Below are positions 31,211 to 54,142 of a stretch of DNA of 64,000 bases, in pieces. The notes under the pieces are model-generated. The model saw nothing but the letters and a program-made list of their open reading frames with translations. It was not told the DNA's origin and did no database searches. Source of the stretch: the human T2T-CHM13v2.0 reference genome, Homo sapiens. The stretch lies in the NCBI RefSeq assembly GCF_009914755.1, contig NC_060930.1. The stretch is one strand, 5' to 3'. Numbering within the stretch: the stretch's first letter is position 1; the number at the start of each line of letters is the position of its first letter. The translations under genes were made by a program, and so were the position numbers.

Positions 31211-32008
31211 TTTTTTTTTTAAATTTATTTATTTATTTTTTTTAATTGATCATTCTTGGGTGTTTCTCGCAGAGGGGGATTTGGCAGGGTCACAGGACAA
31301 TAGTGGAGGGAAGGTCAGCACATAAACAAGTGAACAAAGGTCTCTGGTTTTCCTAGGCAGAGGACCCTGCGGCCTTCCGCAGTGTTTGTGTCCCTGGGTA
31401 CTTGAGATTAGGGAGTGGTGATGACTCTTAAGGAGCATGCTGCCTTCAAGCATCTGTTTAACAAAGCACATCTTGCACCGCCCTTAATCCATTCAACTCT
31501 GAGTGGATACAGCACATGTTTCAGAGAGCACAGGGTTGGGGGTAAGGTCACAGATCAACAGGATCCCAAGGCAGAAGAATTTTTCTTGGTACAGAGCAAA
31601 ATGAAAAGTCTCCCACGTCTACCTCTTTCTACACAGACACGGCAACCATCCGATTTCTCAATCTTTTCCCCACCCTTCCCCCCTTTCTATTCCACAAAAC
31701 CGCCATTGTCATCCTGGCCCGTTCTCAATGAGCTGTTGGGTACACCTCCCAGACGGGGTGGTGGCTGGGCAGAGGGGCTCCTCACTTCCCAGTAGGGGCG
31801 GCCGGGCAGAGGCGCCCCTCACTTCCCGGATGGGGCGGCTGGCCGGGCGGGGGGCTGACCCCCCCACCTCCCTCCCGGACGGGGCGGCTGGCCGGGCAGA
31901 GGGACTCCTCACTTCCCAGTAGGGGCGGCCGGGCAGAGGCGCCCCTCACTTCCCGGATGGGGCGGCTGGCCGGGCGGGGGGCTGACCCCCCCCCACCTCC
32001 CTCCCAGA
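31211..32008 (-). mobile_element. SVA retrotransposon, 5'-truncated within the VNTR (SINE-R plus a few VNTR units)
   Basis: Poly-T, SINE-R (gatcattcttgggtgtttctcgcagagggggatttggcagg...), GC-rich VNTR units; 16-bp TSD CTGTAAATGAGTCTTT at 31195-31210 and 32009-32024. Confidence 0.97.
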
Positions 32009-32349
32009 CTGTAAATGAGTCTTTATATCAACTCCTAGCCAAAGCCTCCTACCGCAGCCACATTGATTCTCTTATTTGTTCCTCTTATTTATGCTCCTTG
32101 TAATTATTCACATTTCTATTATCAAAAAACACCCACCCATCCATGCCCATTGGATCACACCTTCCTTCCTTTTCTCCAAGCTTTACATGGCAAATATCCT
32201 ACAATGCATGACTTCTTTTTTTTTAAAGAAACACCTTATCATTTGTTGGTCACTCTCCATTCATGATTCAGGCCTGTGTGTGCTGGTGAGGCCATCCTCC
32301 CAGTTGAGTTAATTTTTATATCTGGTGTGAGGTAAAGGTCCAGCATCAT

Positions 32350-32654
32350 TATTTTATTTTATTTTTTTAATTGAGATGGAGTAACCCTTTGTTGCCCAGG
32401 CTGCAGTGCAGTGACAGATCTCAGCTCACTGCAACCTCTACCTCCCAGATTCAAGTGATCCTTTCGCCTCAGCCTCCCGAGTAGCTGGGACTACAGGTGC
32501 GCACCACCATGCCCGGCTAATTTTTGTATTTTTAGTAGAGATGGAGTTTCACCATGTTGGCCAAGCTGGTCTCAAATCTCCTGACCTCAAGTGATCCGCC
32601 CACCTCGGCCTGCCAAAGTGCTGGGATTACAGGCGTGAACTACCGTACCCAGCC
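32350..32654 (-). mobile_element. Alu (S-like)
   Basis: Full-length minus-strand body. Confidence 0.93.
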
Positions 32655-33232
32655 AATACATAACTTCTTAAGTTTCCTGCATTTTTTTTCATACCTAGCA
32701 AGTTTTCTCCTTAATTAGAATGAGCACCGGAATTAAAGTGTCTTCATTGCCTTTTCAATTTCTGGGATACGACATTGTTAGCAAGTCAAGCAAAGGATGT
32801 TTCAGCCGCCCTGCATGTTACTAAGGTGTCCCTTTCAGGAGCTGTCTAGTTAACTCAGATTCTTCATCCCTGTTACCACAAAGTCCCTTGACATCCATTT
32901 TCTAATTTGCGTCAAGAAACCACAGTCTACATTCCAGATTTGGCAGGAAGTCTATACTTTAGCCTCCCAACACACCACTTCTGATTCTGCTTTTAGCTCT
33001 GCTCCTCAAACTCTGACCTATACATCCATCATGAGGTCATTAGATTTGCCAAAAGAAGCACACCATACAATCCCACGACACTCCCCACAGTCCCTTCTAT
33101 TAGAAATGCCGTGTTACTAACATCGACTTCCTAATTTTTCCCTGCATAAGTTTCCTTGTCTAATAGAGATTATATACTTGCTCAATTCACTTACCTATCT
33201 TAGGCAAACATATGACCATAAAATTGTTTTAA

Positions 33233-33559
<327 letters not shown>

Positions 33560-33892
33560 CTATTTCAGTGAAATTATTAACAGAATTTTTCCTACAGAGG
33601 TTGCATGAGAGGTTCCACTAGTACCATAGCTAACATCTTCTTAAAATATAATTGATGTACAGTATATTAAAACCATGGTATGCAGCTTAAACTTTAAAAG
33701 TAAAAATCTAGAGGTCTTAAATGCTTGATAACCATAAGACCGTTTAAATCTAGCAACAGTGTCTTTGGTTCTACTGTGGCTAATGAAATTGAGGACAATA
33801 AATTGCTAGCCAAACTTGAAATCAACCTACTATTTTACTCATTCATCAAACTGACAATATCTAAAGCCTGGGGTATTCCAAAGGATACTTAC

Positions 33893-33928
33893 AAGAGCAC
33901 TGCCATCAATAGCCATGTATGATGTCAT
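33893..33928 (-). CDS. IPCEF1: IPCEF1 first coding exon (exon 33893-33945 incl. 17 nt 5'-UTR), encodes MTSYMAIDGSAL
   Basis: Minus strand ttttttctcttctag|CTTTTGTTTCTACTAAG-ATGACATCATACATGGCTATTGATGGCAGTGCTCTT|gtaagt. Canonical splice sites, A at -3, and the peptide matches the IPCEF1 N-terminus. Confidence 0.93.
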
Positions 33929-34045
33929 CTTAGTAGAAACAAAAGCTAGAAGAGAAAAAATGTTTTCAGTTAAATGTGAGATTAAAGTGTTCATAAAAAC
34001 ATATATCTCTTTGAGTGGGGAAAGAAAATACTTCTATTGTGATTA

Positions 34046-34400
<355 letters not shown>

Positions 34401-35456
34401 TAGCTTTTTATTTCAGAACTCAATAAGCCAACTGTTTAAAGTTGAGTTCATAAGATAAGCCAGAATTTCATTTATACATTTGTCAATATTCTTTTCAAGT
34501 ACTCAGCAAGACATGTATATGATTTACACACTTAATATTACTATATATATATATATATATATACACACACAAACACACACACACATTTTGAGAAGTGGAA
34601 ATGTTTTCCTCTTTATGATAAACAATGCAACTAAGATGTGAAAATGTGGCCCATCACTATTATCCAACTTTGAAAACATAGCTAACTCCCCTGCCTCTGA
34701 AGTCCCAAACTTTAATAGCAAGATAGGCTCCTTTTGATGTTTGCACTTTGTAGTGGGTTGCCTGAAAAACAAGATATTCTGTGGTTTCAAGAAAAGCAAA
34801 TGAAAACAAAAGGAAAAAAATCCTCATGTTTTCAACATTGACAAGCAAGAAACTTGTTAAAGATCCACAAGCCACTGAAACTCTCCCCAAAGCAGACAGC
34901 TTTTCAACTTCATCCCAGTGACACCACAAGTACACATTCATGACCTGTTTGTTTCTTACACCAGTGGAGGTCCCCAAATTCTGAGTAATGGAAACTCCTT
35001 TTTCATATTAAAAATGCTATATTACATAGATATTAATAAGACATTTATTGGTAAAATGTGAAAGAGATAAACCACAATAAAAGGACTGATAAATTTACTT
35101 AATTTTAACTTATTTCTTAAAAAAAACATTAAAACCTAAATTTAAAAAATCAAGTCTCAAGCTGATAAAAATATCTGAAATATACATTTAATACATAAGA
35201 ACCATAAAATAGAGTTCTTACATGTCACAAAGAAGATAATAAGCAAACTAATAGAAGAACAAATAAAGGAAAATTGAAAAAATAAAATACAAATAACTAA
35301 TGCTTAATCTCATTAGTAATAAAATAAATGCAAAATAAAATACCATGATTCCATTTTTATTCTTCAGGATTGGAAAAAAATTAAGTGATGGAAGTCAATT
35401 TGGGTGGAGGTGGAGGTGTGTTGAAAAGAATATTCTCACATATTGGGATATCAAAA

Positions 35457-36380
35457 TGTTACAGGATCTTTGGGTTGTCGCTCTTCTGGCCAGAAACCTC
35501 TGTGGCTGGTGGCACCTTTGCCCAAGTTCTTGTCCTGCATCTGGGAATAACGAGGTACACAGAGAAGTAGAGGGGAGCAAGATGAAGAGGAGCTTTATTG
35601 AGTGTTAGAACAGCTCAGAGAAGACCCATAGTGGGTAATTCCTCTCCATAGGCAGGTCGTCCCATGGAGTGTTCAGCTTTCAACAGAGAGGAGGCCCTGG
35701 AGAGGGCAGCTCCTCTCTGCAGGCAGGTTAGCCAGAAGTCTGCAGCAGCTCTTGGCAGAGAGGAGGCCCTGGAATGGGTTGCTCCTCCTTGCAGGTGGTA
35801 GTCCCAATGTCTCTGCAGGTCCTGAAGCTCTCAGCAGAGAGGGCAGCTCCTCCCTGCAGCTGGTTGTCAGGATATCTGTTCAGCTCTGGCTGATCTTGGG
35901 GCTTTTATGGCCTCAGAGGTGAGGAAATGCACACAGATTGGTCCATGGATGGCCATGGGAGGGCCCAGAAAGGCACCACAAGTTCCCACTCCAGTTGGTG
36001 GGACTGGCAGCCTGGTCCCCAGTCTTCAGGCCCTCCCTGGCCTGAAGGTGGGGTCTCACCAGGGACCTGCCCCCTTCCGCCCTGGCATCTGTCTGCCTCC
36101 TGCTGCCGTTCATGGTGCCTGGGCTTGTGGGGACTTTGCTCCCATCAGAGCAGGCACTGACAGCAGGGAGAAGCCAGGCAGCAGAAGCAGGCACTCCTGA
36201 GCCTGCAAGGACAGCAGGGGCCTTCCCAGGCCCCCAAGAGTGCAGTGATGCCTGAGTCTGGGGGTGGGGTAGGTCCTGTCTGCTCTTTGGAGTGGGAGGT
36301 GTGGGTCTGCAGCTACAGCCTGCTCAGCTGTGGTTTGGGTAGCTGCAGCAGCACCCAGGGAGCTCCATCTCAACTCAGAA
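35457..36380 (-). mobile_element. ERV1 LTR fragment (MER52-like) with internal ~65-70-bp tandem units
   Basis: Abrupt GC-rich block beginning tgttacaggatctttgggttgtcgc; AATAAA on the minus strand (~35594-35599); three agagag(gaggccctgga...)gcagctcctc units at 35685-35860. Confidence 0.7.
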
Positions 36381-37447
36381 TCTTTCTTTTGTATCCATTT
36401 TACCTGCTTAATTCCTAACTATCCCTTAAAGTCCTCTCTGTCCACACCCATTGCCATCATCCTAGTCCAAGCCATCAGCACCTCCCTCTTGGACCACTGC
36501 AAGAACATCCTAACTGATGTCCCAGTTTCTCTCTGGCCCAGTGATTTTTTTCAATGCACATCTGACTATTCACCTCTGTCCTTATATCCCTACAATGGTC
36601 ATTGGTCTTTAAATAAAGATCAAAATTGTGAAAACTTCCTACAAGTGAGGCTTTGCACCATCTGACCACGACCTCATCTCCGGCCCTTCCTTGGGTTGTT
36701 TCCGTATCTGTTTCTATCTCCCTTACTCATTGTCTTTTTTTTTTTTTAAGTCCTCAAACACATTTATTTCCATTTCAGAGCCTTGGTGCGTGCTTTTTCT
36801 CAACAGTCACCACCTAGGATGGCTTATACCATCTAATTTTTCAACTCTCTGACAGAAGGTCACTCCATCAAGAAAACCTTCCCTGATCCTTGGGAGAGAT
36901 CGATCCCCTTTTATAGCCTCTCACATCACCTTATTTTTTATTCATAGAAGTTTTCATCATTGTAGTGAATGATTAATTTTGCAATTGGTCCTTTAACATC
37001 TGACTCTCCATTATAATATAACCTAACTGAAGGCAGCCACTGTGTCTGGCCTTGGTCACTTATTTGCTGCTGTGTCCTCAGTCTCTGTAGGCAGGGTGGT
37101 TCAATATATATTTGTTGAGTAAATGAATTAAATATACAAGCAATAAAACCACTCACTATAGATGAGTTTCCATAAAGGAAATCTATAGATTCCAAATTTT
37201 TGTTTTGTAAAATATTGGCATCATGAATATCCCATTAGAAAGCTCCTTCCCAATCTGCAGGATATGGAAATGAGATGGTGTTGATATCATACCTCCTTCG
37301 GTCAAAGAGCAAAAGGGTAGAAATAATACGCAGTCACTGGCATGGGTGGTGGAGGTGGGATGGGAGACAGCTAGGGATTGATGTACCTTTGTGGAGTTTG
37401 TGTATGAGTGTTTCATTAATAATCTTGGAGTTTCAGTACTTTGTTTC

Positions 37448-37615
37448 TTTTTTTTCTTTTCTTTTCCTTTCTTTTTTTAATTTTAAATTTAAAAAAATAG
37501 AGACAGGGTCTTGCTTTGTAGCCCAGGCTGGTCTCAAACTCCTGGTTTTAAACAATCTTCTTGCCTCGGCATCCTAAAGCATTGTGATTACATGAGTGAG
37601 CAACCATGCCTGGCC
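37448..37615 (-). mobile_element. FLAM / Alu monomer
   Basis: TSD CAGTACTTTGTTTCTT. Confidence 0.88.
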
Positions 37616-37959
37616 AGTACTTTGTTTCTTGAAGTAGTTGAAACATATGAAATCTAAATTCCACTAAAATGATTCAAAAATAATTTTGGGCAGAAGAACC
37701 ACCAAAATAAGCTAAGCTCAACTCTTGTTTCTCCTCTTCCAGTCAAAGCCCATGGCCATAATAAAGAAGAATTAGGAAAAGAAATGAGGGCTATGGAGAC
37801 TCATGTACGTACTTTTGATTGTTTGGACAATGAGAACTGGTTCAGCTAACCAGGTTAACCAGAAACACATGGTGTCCATATGTTGATAAGCTAAATAGGT
37901 AGCTCCAAGGTTTTGATGAAAATATATATATATAAAGTACACAATAAAAGCAGCTTGTG

Positions 37960-39975
<2,016 letters not shown>

Positions 39976-39994
39976 ACCACTCCACTAAAGTATG

Positions 39995-40210
39995 TAGATT
40001 AGAGTCAAGTAGGTTTAAGTTCAAATCCCAACTCTGCCACTTGTTAAATGAGAAAACTTATGGAAACTGCTTAATGCTCTGACTAGCAAATGCCTCCTCT
40101 TTGAATAATAATAACCAACTCATAAGGTGTTTGTGAGAATTAAACGAGATATCATATGGGAAGCACACAGGGCACAAGTGTGCATGCTTAGTAAGTGGTA
40201 GCAATTACCT
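39995..40210 (+). mobile_element. MIR
   Basis: gttcaaatcccaactctgccactt...tgtgagaattaaacgagat. Confidence 0.7.
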
Positions 40211-41508
40211 AGAATGGGAGCTATTACCTAGAAATAGCTTCATTATACAAAACTATCCTTCCTAATGGAATTAGTATACAACTAAAGGGATTGAACAAGT
40301 GTGATAACAGGTTTCATCAAATAAAATAGCTTTCACACTTCAAGGTTGGTTAAACTCCCTAGCCAACTAACCAATGACATTTTTGGTGCCTTGTTTCAGA
40401 GTTTAAGGGAATAGTTATCTCAGTCATATTTAAAACAGTTATCTTCTTTAAAGAACAATTTCTTAACAAACTACAACATGAAACATAGCCAAACCAATGA
40501 AATCACTAATTGTTTAAGTTTGTTAAATGAAATAAAATGCATTCCTGATCAACTCTGTAACTGAAAACTAGAAAATATGTTTTGTTAGCAAATGAGTAAT
40601 AAAGTCAATTTCAAAGAAGAGATTTTCCTTCACATATATTAATAAAGAATCATTCCATTTTGTTTTAATCACAAATTGCATGCTTCTTAAACCAAGTGTG
40701 TTTTAGCCATTTTAGAAATTGTTTAGAAAGTTATTTAAGATAGAAATATGGACTCTCATCCTATACTATTTTAAACCCAGAAAATGAACCAAGAATATCA
40801 ATCCCCAACAAACACACTATTTATAAAGAAGGCTAGCATAATCAGTATTTTTTTTAAGAATCAAGAAAAAAATTCCACTAAGGGGATTTATTCATTCAAC
40901 TGATGCAAAGGTAACTGTCCTGGTTATTCCCTAATAGACATTATCATCTTTGGAATGATGGAGCAAAATAAGTACCATGCCTAATGTTTTACACATTTTT
41001 AAAACAAAGATAATTTATTGTGATTTAGAGACGATTTTCCAGTTGAAATAACATAGGAGCTAGGTTGATTCTCTTTCTCACAGAGCCTTAAGTGAAAACA
41101 AAACAGGTCTGAACTAAAACGTTTAAAACCCACAGATTAATTTATCCTTTAAAATTATAATGCTGGCATTCAGCAAGACATTATCACAGCAGCAAGTGGA
41201 TTTATACAAAGTCCACAAACACAGGCAAACAATGTGCGTTATTCTTAAGCCAGAAGTCAGAGCTAAGAGGAAACAAAAAAATGCTTGTTATCCTCGTGGC
41301 AGAAGTCTTGATCGTCGACAAGTAGGTAATCCATGTGGCAGCAAACGTCCACACTCTACTGGAGACAAGCACTGTTTATAAGCGAGCATGTTCTGTTACA
41401 TGATAGTCCATCACAGCAATGCCATGGAAAACAGAAGAGAACATTCATCTTCGCTCACATATAAAAGCAAAGGACATGAGATAATCCATTCGTTTTGCCA
41501 ATTAGTAG

Positions 41509-42021
<513 letters not shown>

Positions 42022-43860
42022 TGCTTTTTTTTTTTTTAACTTAAGCTCAAAGTGTCATTCTGATTCCAATCCATTTTCTACTTGCTGTAGAATATTCTCA
42101 TTCTTTCTCTTTCGGTTATCTTCCCTTTTTTATTGTTGTCTTTTCCACTCATTTCGTTGCATTTCTTTCCTGCCTTCTCTCCACTTTGATGATGAATTGA
42201 CAGATGGTTTTAAGAACCACAGCTTTTTTCAAACAGAGAAACTATGATGCTTAAAATTACTTTATTTTTGACACCATAAAAATACTGCAATCCATCATCT
42301 GTGGAGACTGGCAGGCCTCTTCCCTGCTTTCCCTTCAGAAATTCCCACATAAGCTGTCAGCCCTGACAATCAAGGCTCAGACACACAAAATCCACAAAGC
42401 TAAGGGAGATAAAAGACTTTCTTTCAGCCAATAATGTCAATCTTTCCTCCCAGTGGACCATTTTACCATAGTAACAAACAGGTGGAAAACTGCAAGAGAT
42501 CTCAAACGATTTGCCTCTTTCACATCCTGGAAGGGCCTACCAAATGCCAATGGCTATTGGCCATGCCCCTCTTGGAGGTACAAAGCTCCCCTGAGTTGCT
42601 GAACTACAGGGGTCTCTTGTCCTTCTGTGGGACTCCTGAACCTGAAACTTCTAAAATGTGGTCTATACCTGCAGGGGCCATTAGACTGGGGCAAGCAGAG
42701 ACCAGCCGTGGGCCACACCCTGGCCAATCCTCCTCAGAGCACCCAGAGCCCAGCCCTGGCCCACATGCATCCTGTGTTGGTTGCGCCCAATCAAGGTTCC
42801 CTTCCCCAGAACATGGGGTAGACCAGATGCCCTGAAAAGCACTGGGACTTGTTTCTACAGAGTTGGGTTTGTTCTGCGGTTGTCTTAAGTTCCATGACAC
42901 CTGCCTGGAGAGTAGTTGTTGTCACTGGTTCTCCAAAACAGGGATGGATGTTCAATGATTCCAATTATTTATATAGGCAGGGGTCCTACAATGCATATTT
43001 TCACCTACCCCTCAAAGACACATAAACACACACACCCTAGTGGCAGCTCTTGTTCAGTTTTACCAATGCAGATAAAACACACCATCACACCTGCCTCTCC
43101 TACGCCAGCTCCAGATCCAAGGAACTTCTAGGAGCCAGTTACTCTAAGATCCAAGCTAGCCGTATGCTGAAGCGTGATTCTAAGGGATTGTGAGTGAAAC
43201 TCCAGGAGCCACCTCAAAAGTTTGTACTGTCCTCAAGCTGCTACATCATATGAGACAAAGGGCACCAGCTCCCTAATGAGGACACAGGAAACATTGGTAG
43301 CTCCTAGACAAGGTATCAATTATGAGGCCCACTGCAATCTACTACAGTCTGTTCCATGAGCACAGCTTGGTTCCTTCCAGGTCCCTACTAGGGTATCCCC
43401 CGAATAACATCCCCAATTCCTAGTTTGCTTCACTCCAGCCGGTGGGGCAAGAGCTGATACAGTGCTCTAGAATGAGCCAGATAGGAATAGCAAGTGATGG
43501 CCCTTACTTTTCTGAAATTTGCATCTCTCCATTTCTCCACATGAATAATAATTACATTTTCTGTCTGCAGAAGATGAAATGTTTTTCTACTTGGTGAAAT
43601 TCAGACAGTGTACATGGCTCTGAGGCAGCCAGTCACTTTATTTCTGCTTTGCCAAACATTATTCCATTCAGTGCCCTTTACACCAAAGTGAGCAGCTATA
43701 CCCCATACAGCAGAGGACTCTGCAACTGGACATTCACTGGCTAGAAGGCAGCCAAGAAAAAAAAAATGATTATAAAAGCTGTCAGCCGCTTGCACCCATT
43801 GCTCTAGAGTTGGAGCCAAAACCCCTTTTGTCTGGCTAGATTTTTCCTTAAGAAATATCA

Positions 43861-44314
<454 letters not shown>

Positions 44315-46569
44315 TCATTTTAGGGGCCTTGTAATTTTGCAAAGGTCGTGCCCAAGGGTTATCAGACAAGAGAGACCATAAGGAGATAAACTACTGTATA
44401 TAATCATGGTGAGGGCTGCTTTGCCCAGAATAGAGTGACTTCTCTTGGAGGCTCTTATAATGATATTTGGCAGAACTGTTGCAAACTGTTTTCAGTCTTC
44501 ACAGCAAGGTTGTAAAGTAACTTATACTTTAACACGTGAAAAAACGAATATACAGAGTGGGTGGACTAACTAGTTTACATAGCTAGCAAGTTAAAGCCAA
44601 ATTTGAATTCAGATTTTCAGACTCCAGGTCCAGGGCCCTATGGTCATCAGCAGTGCTGTCTCAGAATAATCTTTGCCTTTTCAAATTCTCCTTAGAAGCA
44701 GGCTTTTATTTTCTTTTTGCAAACAGTAGATCTCATTACATTCTTAGAGAATGAATGAGTCTAATAATTCTTACAGACACTCAGGGCAAGACATGCAGTA
44801 GGCACCTAACAAATATCTGTTGACTTATATTGGCCCTGCCTCAACTTTAGGACAAGTTAGAATGAGTAAGCTATTTACCAAATTTAGACAATTCAGAGGG
44901 ACCTTCGGTGACTAGCAGTGATAACGTGGCTGCCAAAGGGCTACTCGTGGGATCATAGATCAGCTGCCACTGTGTGGTCTGGAAGGGTCTGATCAGCAGG
45001 CAATACAGCTCTCAGAAAGAGACACTGACGAGCTGCATGCAGCTTGTTTGGGAATTGCGCATCCTAGGTGAGGCTTCATTCAGAAACTATGAAGGGCTCA
45101 CGTCCTGGTCAGAATCCCACATGGGCAGGCTATGAATTGAAGGCTTAAACCATATCATGCTGGAAACCACACAGGCACAAGGACCTCAATTTTGCATCTG
45201 CTGAAAAATCTGGGTTAGTGTCTCCAAAACATCTAAAGCAAGAACGAGAGATGTCACTAAAACACACCTATTTATTCTTTAGGAAGAACTGTTAAATTAA
45301 AGTCATTCTTAAATACCCCCCATCCCAAATTGAGATATTTGTTGACACAATCCACATAAGCGAATGCCGTCAAGAATAGATTTGCTTTCTCTGAAATCAT
45401 AACATGTATGCAAAGAGACACCTAGTGGAAGAACACCTAAGTACAATATTTAGCTTAAGACCAAAGATTAAATCGTCCAACTCCCTAATTTGACATTCTT
45501 TCAATTTCAATAGCGCATTTTTTTAAACCACTAGAATCATAAACTCAGAAATCTAAGTTTTCAAAAAGAAAATGTTCTATTTGTTTTTCCAGGAAGCATT
45601 GGCTCTTTTATTGGTTGTTGTTGTTGTTCATTAGACTATCTTACGTATAAATTACTGCGAAGTAATACAAAAATTACAGAGCAGACTGCAGCTGGCCAGC
45701 CACTTTACTTCACCTTTCCCTGAACACATGTGGGCTTATTTTTTTGTTTCCATTCCTTTATAGACTTTGCCTGTGAGATTTTCCGCTTGTCTTTGGGTTG
45801 CTTTTTTCTTGCTTTTAACTAGGTAAAGCCAGACTTTTTTTTTCCAGCCAGCTTCCTGTGGTCCGCCCAGCTTCCTGTGGTCCACCCACTCTCATCTTTA
45901 CATGCTCACTTTCCCACTCGTACCTCACCTACACTGGGTACCGCACCCACCTCCTCATCTTCCATGCACACGTGCACCTTCCTCTCTCCCTCCTGCCCTA
46001 GATACCTTCATTTAACCTCAAAAGGAAAACTTTGTTATCACAAAATAGAAGGAATCACCTATTTTTTTCTTTACTCCATAGTACTAAAATTCAGCTATGA
46101 CAAACGTTGAAATTATTATTTTTAAACTCCTGCATAGAAAAAAAGTTTAGATTGGAAATTGATTTTTAATTTAACAGATATGTTTAATTGCAATTTCTAT
46201 GACCTCACAGGCACCACTTCATGGGATTTTACATCTGAAAGAGGAACATGTGCTCTAGCAGAAGCCAGACTGACATTCACCAGGTCCAGGTCTCCTGACA
46301 CTGCTGTGCTACAAAGAGCTGAGCCCTGTGGACAGGTCCGGGAGAATGAGACGCCAAGTAGAGAATGGGAATCCAAGAGACGCCAAGGCTCCAGACGTAT
46401 GGATGCAAAAGTGATCTTGAAAGTAGAGATCCTCCGATCCTAGCCACCCCAGCTAAAGTCACATGGGTCAAAGATGAACTGCCAAGCCAAGTCAACCCCT
46501 CTCCAAATTCCTGTCATGGTCAAAACAAAAAGGTCCTTACTCCACTGTTTTCAATAAGTAAGAAGGTCC

Positions 46570-48885
<2,316 letters not shown>

Positions 48886-48891
48886 GAACTA

Positions 48892-50207
<1,316 letters not shown>

Positions 50208-50375
50208 TTAACAGCTCTGGCTCCAGCACTGACAACAGACTGAAACAGAGAAAAGACATAAACCAAGAAACCAGTTAAGAGGCTACTGGAACGATCCAGG
50301 GAAGAGATTACAATGTCATCTCTTTCGCGGGACCAGAGTGGTAGCGATAGAAGTGGTAAGAAGTAGATGGATCAG

Positions 50376-50704
<329 letters not shown>

Positions 50705-50985
50705 TCACAATGACCAATCCAGAAAATAGTACATGTACCAAGTCAAGATAATCAGGAAATTCTGTCTGAAATATTGGGAAAGAGATTTGTCCCTTTTTTC
50801 TGGGGTGTCAGCCATGAACGCTCTGCAAACCTGGAGTTAGCAGTGGTCACCTTGGTGAAATGGTGGAGAAAAGAGATTGAAAATGAAGCCAAAACAGCAG
50901 GAAGCAGAGCCCAAGGAGAGAGTGGAAAAAGAAATCTATGCTACAAAATACTCAATCCCACAAATTTTCAAAGATGTATATTTGA

Positions 50986-51633
<648 letters not shown>

Positions 51634-52371
51634 TCAGAATTTCAAAGTATACAGAGAATTCTAAAAGTTTCTCTAAAGAAACAAGAACATTGTTAGATTT
51701 CTCATGCAAGTTGAGCTGCTGAAGGACATGGGGGCAATATCTTTGAAGTTCTGAGTGAAAATAAATTTGTACATAAAGTTCTGTATCCAACCAAACATAC
51801 AATCAAGTGTGAGTGCAAAATAAACACATTTTAGACATGTTTGTTTATTCCTTATGTGCCCTACGTGAAAACATTGCTTGGTAAAATAATAAACTGACAA
51901 AGACATTTAAAAAGAAAAACATGAGATAGAAGAAGGAAAAGAACATGAGATTAAGATTCAGGGAAAGATGAGCATATAATTAAAAAAAGATGTACACATA
52001 AAATACAATCTACTGAAACTGTGCAAGTATAGTTTCCTATTCCTAGCTTGATATCCCTTGAATTGATTTTGCAATCAATCCTCACACATTTGCAGTTACA
52101 TTTAATTTCAAGTAATGATTTTGTTGGGGAAAAAAGAAAGTACCATTAATATAATTCCTTCTTCATAATCCTTTTTCACTTATTCTCACCTAAAGTCAGA
52201 AAGTAAAAAATGTGAAGTTAATTTTAAAATATTAAAATAACTCAATTACCTGGTAGAACAGAAGGAATTGTAAGTGTGACTGATTTAGAAAGGAAGGGTG
52301 TTGTATAGAGATACTGGATGTGATAACTTTGCAGCACATACCATCAGACAAGAAATTGTTAGTGTACTCTA

Positions 52372-53042
<671 letters not shown>

Positions 53043-54142
53043 AGAGCTCCTGTGCCTCATTAAGTATTAACAAAAGTCTTTTCTATATTTCTTCAAGCTC
53101 TATTTAAATTTTTTCTGTGTAAACTAACATATACCCAAGATAGGTAGTTGCCTTTTTTAACAATTTGGCTGGAAGGTAATTTTATTAGGAAAGACATTGG
53201 TATCTCTACTGAGGATAATAAACTCAGGGAAAATGAAAATGGCAACAGGAAACCTTTCACTTGCTGAGAAAACTTGTTCTTTTCTTTTCCCTTTTCCTCA
53301 CTGTCTACATATAATAAATGCAGAAAATTTTCTGAGGAAATGCCCTATTCATTGTGGAAATAATCTCAAAAGATTTAGAGATTTTCAGTTAGTACCTCAT
53401 CATTCTTGAAATTGGATTCTATTTTTTAGAAAGCTATACCCATATTTTTGAGCTAAAATTTAAAAAAAGCAAAAATATTATTAACCAGGAAAACAATAGC
53501 TCAAATGTTAACCTGCCCTCTCAATAATCTGAAAAACAGATTCTGTTTTCAAGGAATAATCTCCATATAAGTATTCTTTCAGCCAGTTCCTTTTTTGTAA
53601 TCTAGTTGTCCACATTCTTGTTCACATTGTTATATTTTGCACACATATGCACAAAAATTATGAGCCTTCAAGAAGAAAATATATGTGGTCATCTATTTCT
53701 TCACTGCCAGCATACAAGTTTTTAACACAGAGTTTATTTTAAAATAAGGCAAGAAACCCTTGGAGTCTGAGTTGTTTCTTTATTAGAGGTGTGAGACCTG
53801 GCCCCACACGTTTCTGTACTGGAAAAAGTCCATTGACACCTTGAATCACTTGGTAACATAAATCAAAATTAAGCAGTTCTTAGAACATAAGTTTCATAGG
53901 CCATAGCAAGTAAAAAATAGTAAGAAAAATATAACCTGATGTTCAAATGCATTCACATAAAACTTCACAATATTTACTGCCCAGCAGGAATATGTCAAAA
54001 TAATTAGACAAGCATTCTGTGCTTAAGAAATCTGTGGAGAGCTCAAAATAATTATGGGGCCAAGAATGTAGGCACATGTGAATGAAAACTAAATATGAAC
54101 TGTTTGCTCCCACTACACACCCTTGAACCAAGAACTATGTCT

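Noticed and set aside
31415-31922. ORFs and a CpG-island-like GC peak
   Set aside because: Entirely within the SVA SINE-R/VNTR; not a gene or promoter island.
42434-42900. Overlapping 133-aa and 98-aa ORFs in unique sequence
   Set aside because: No recognisable domain, no convincing splice context, and length compatible with chance.
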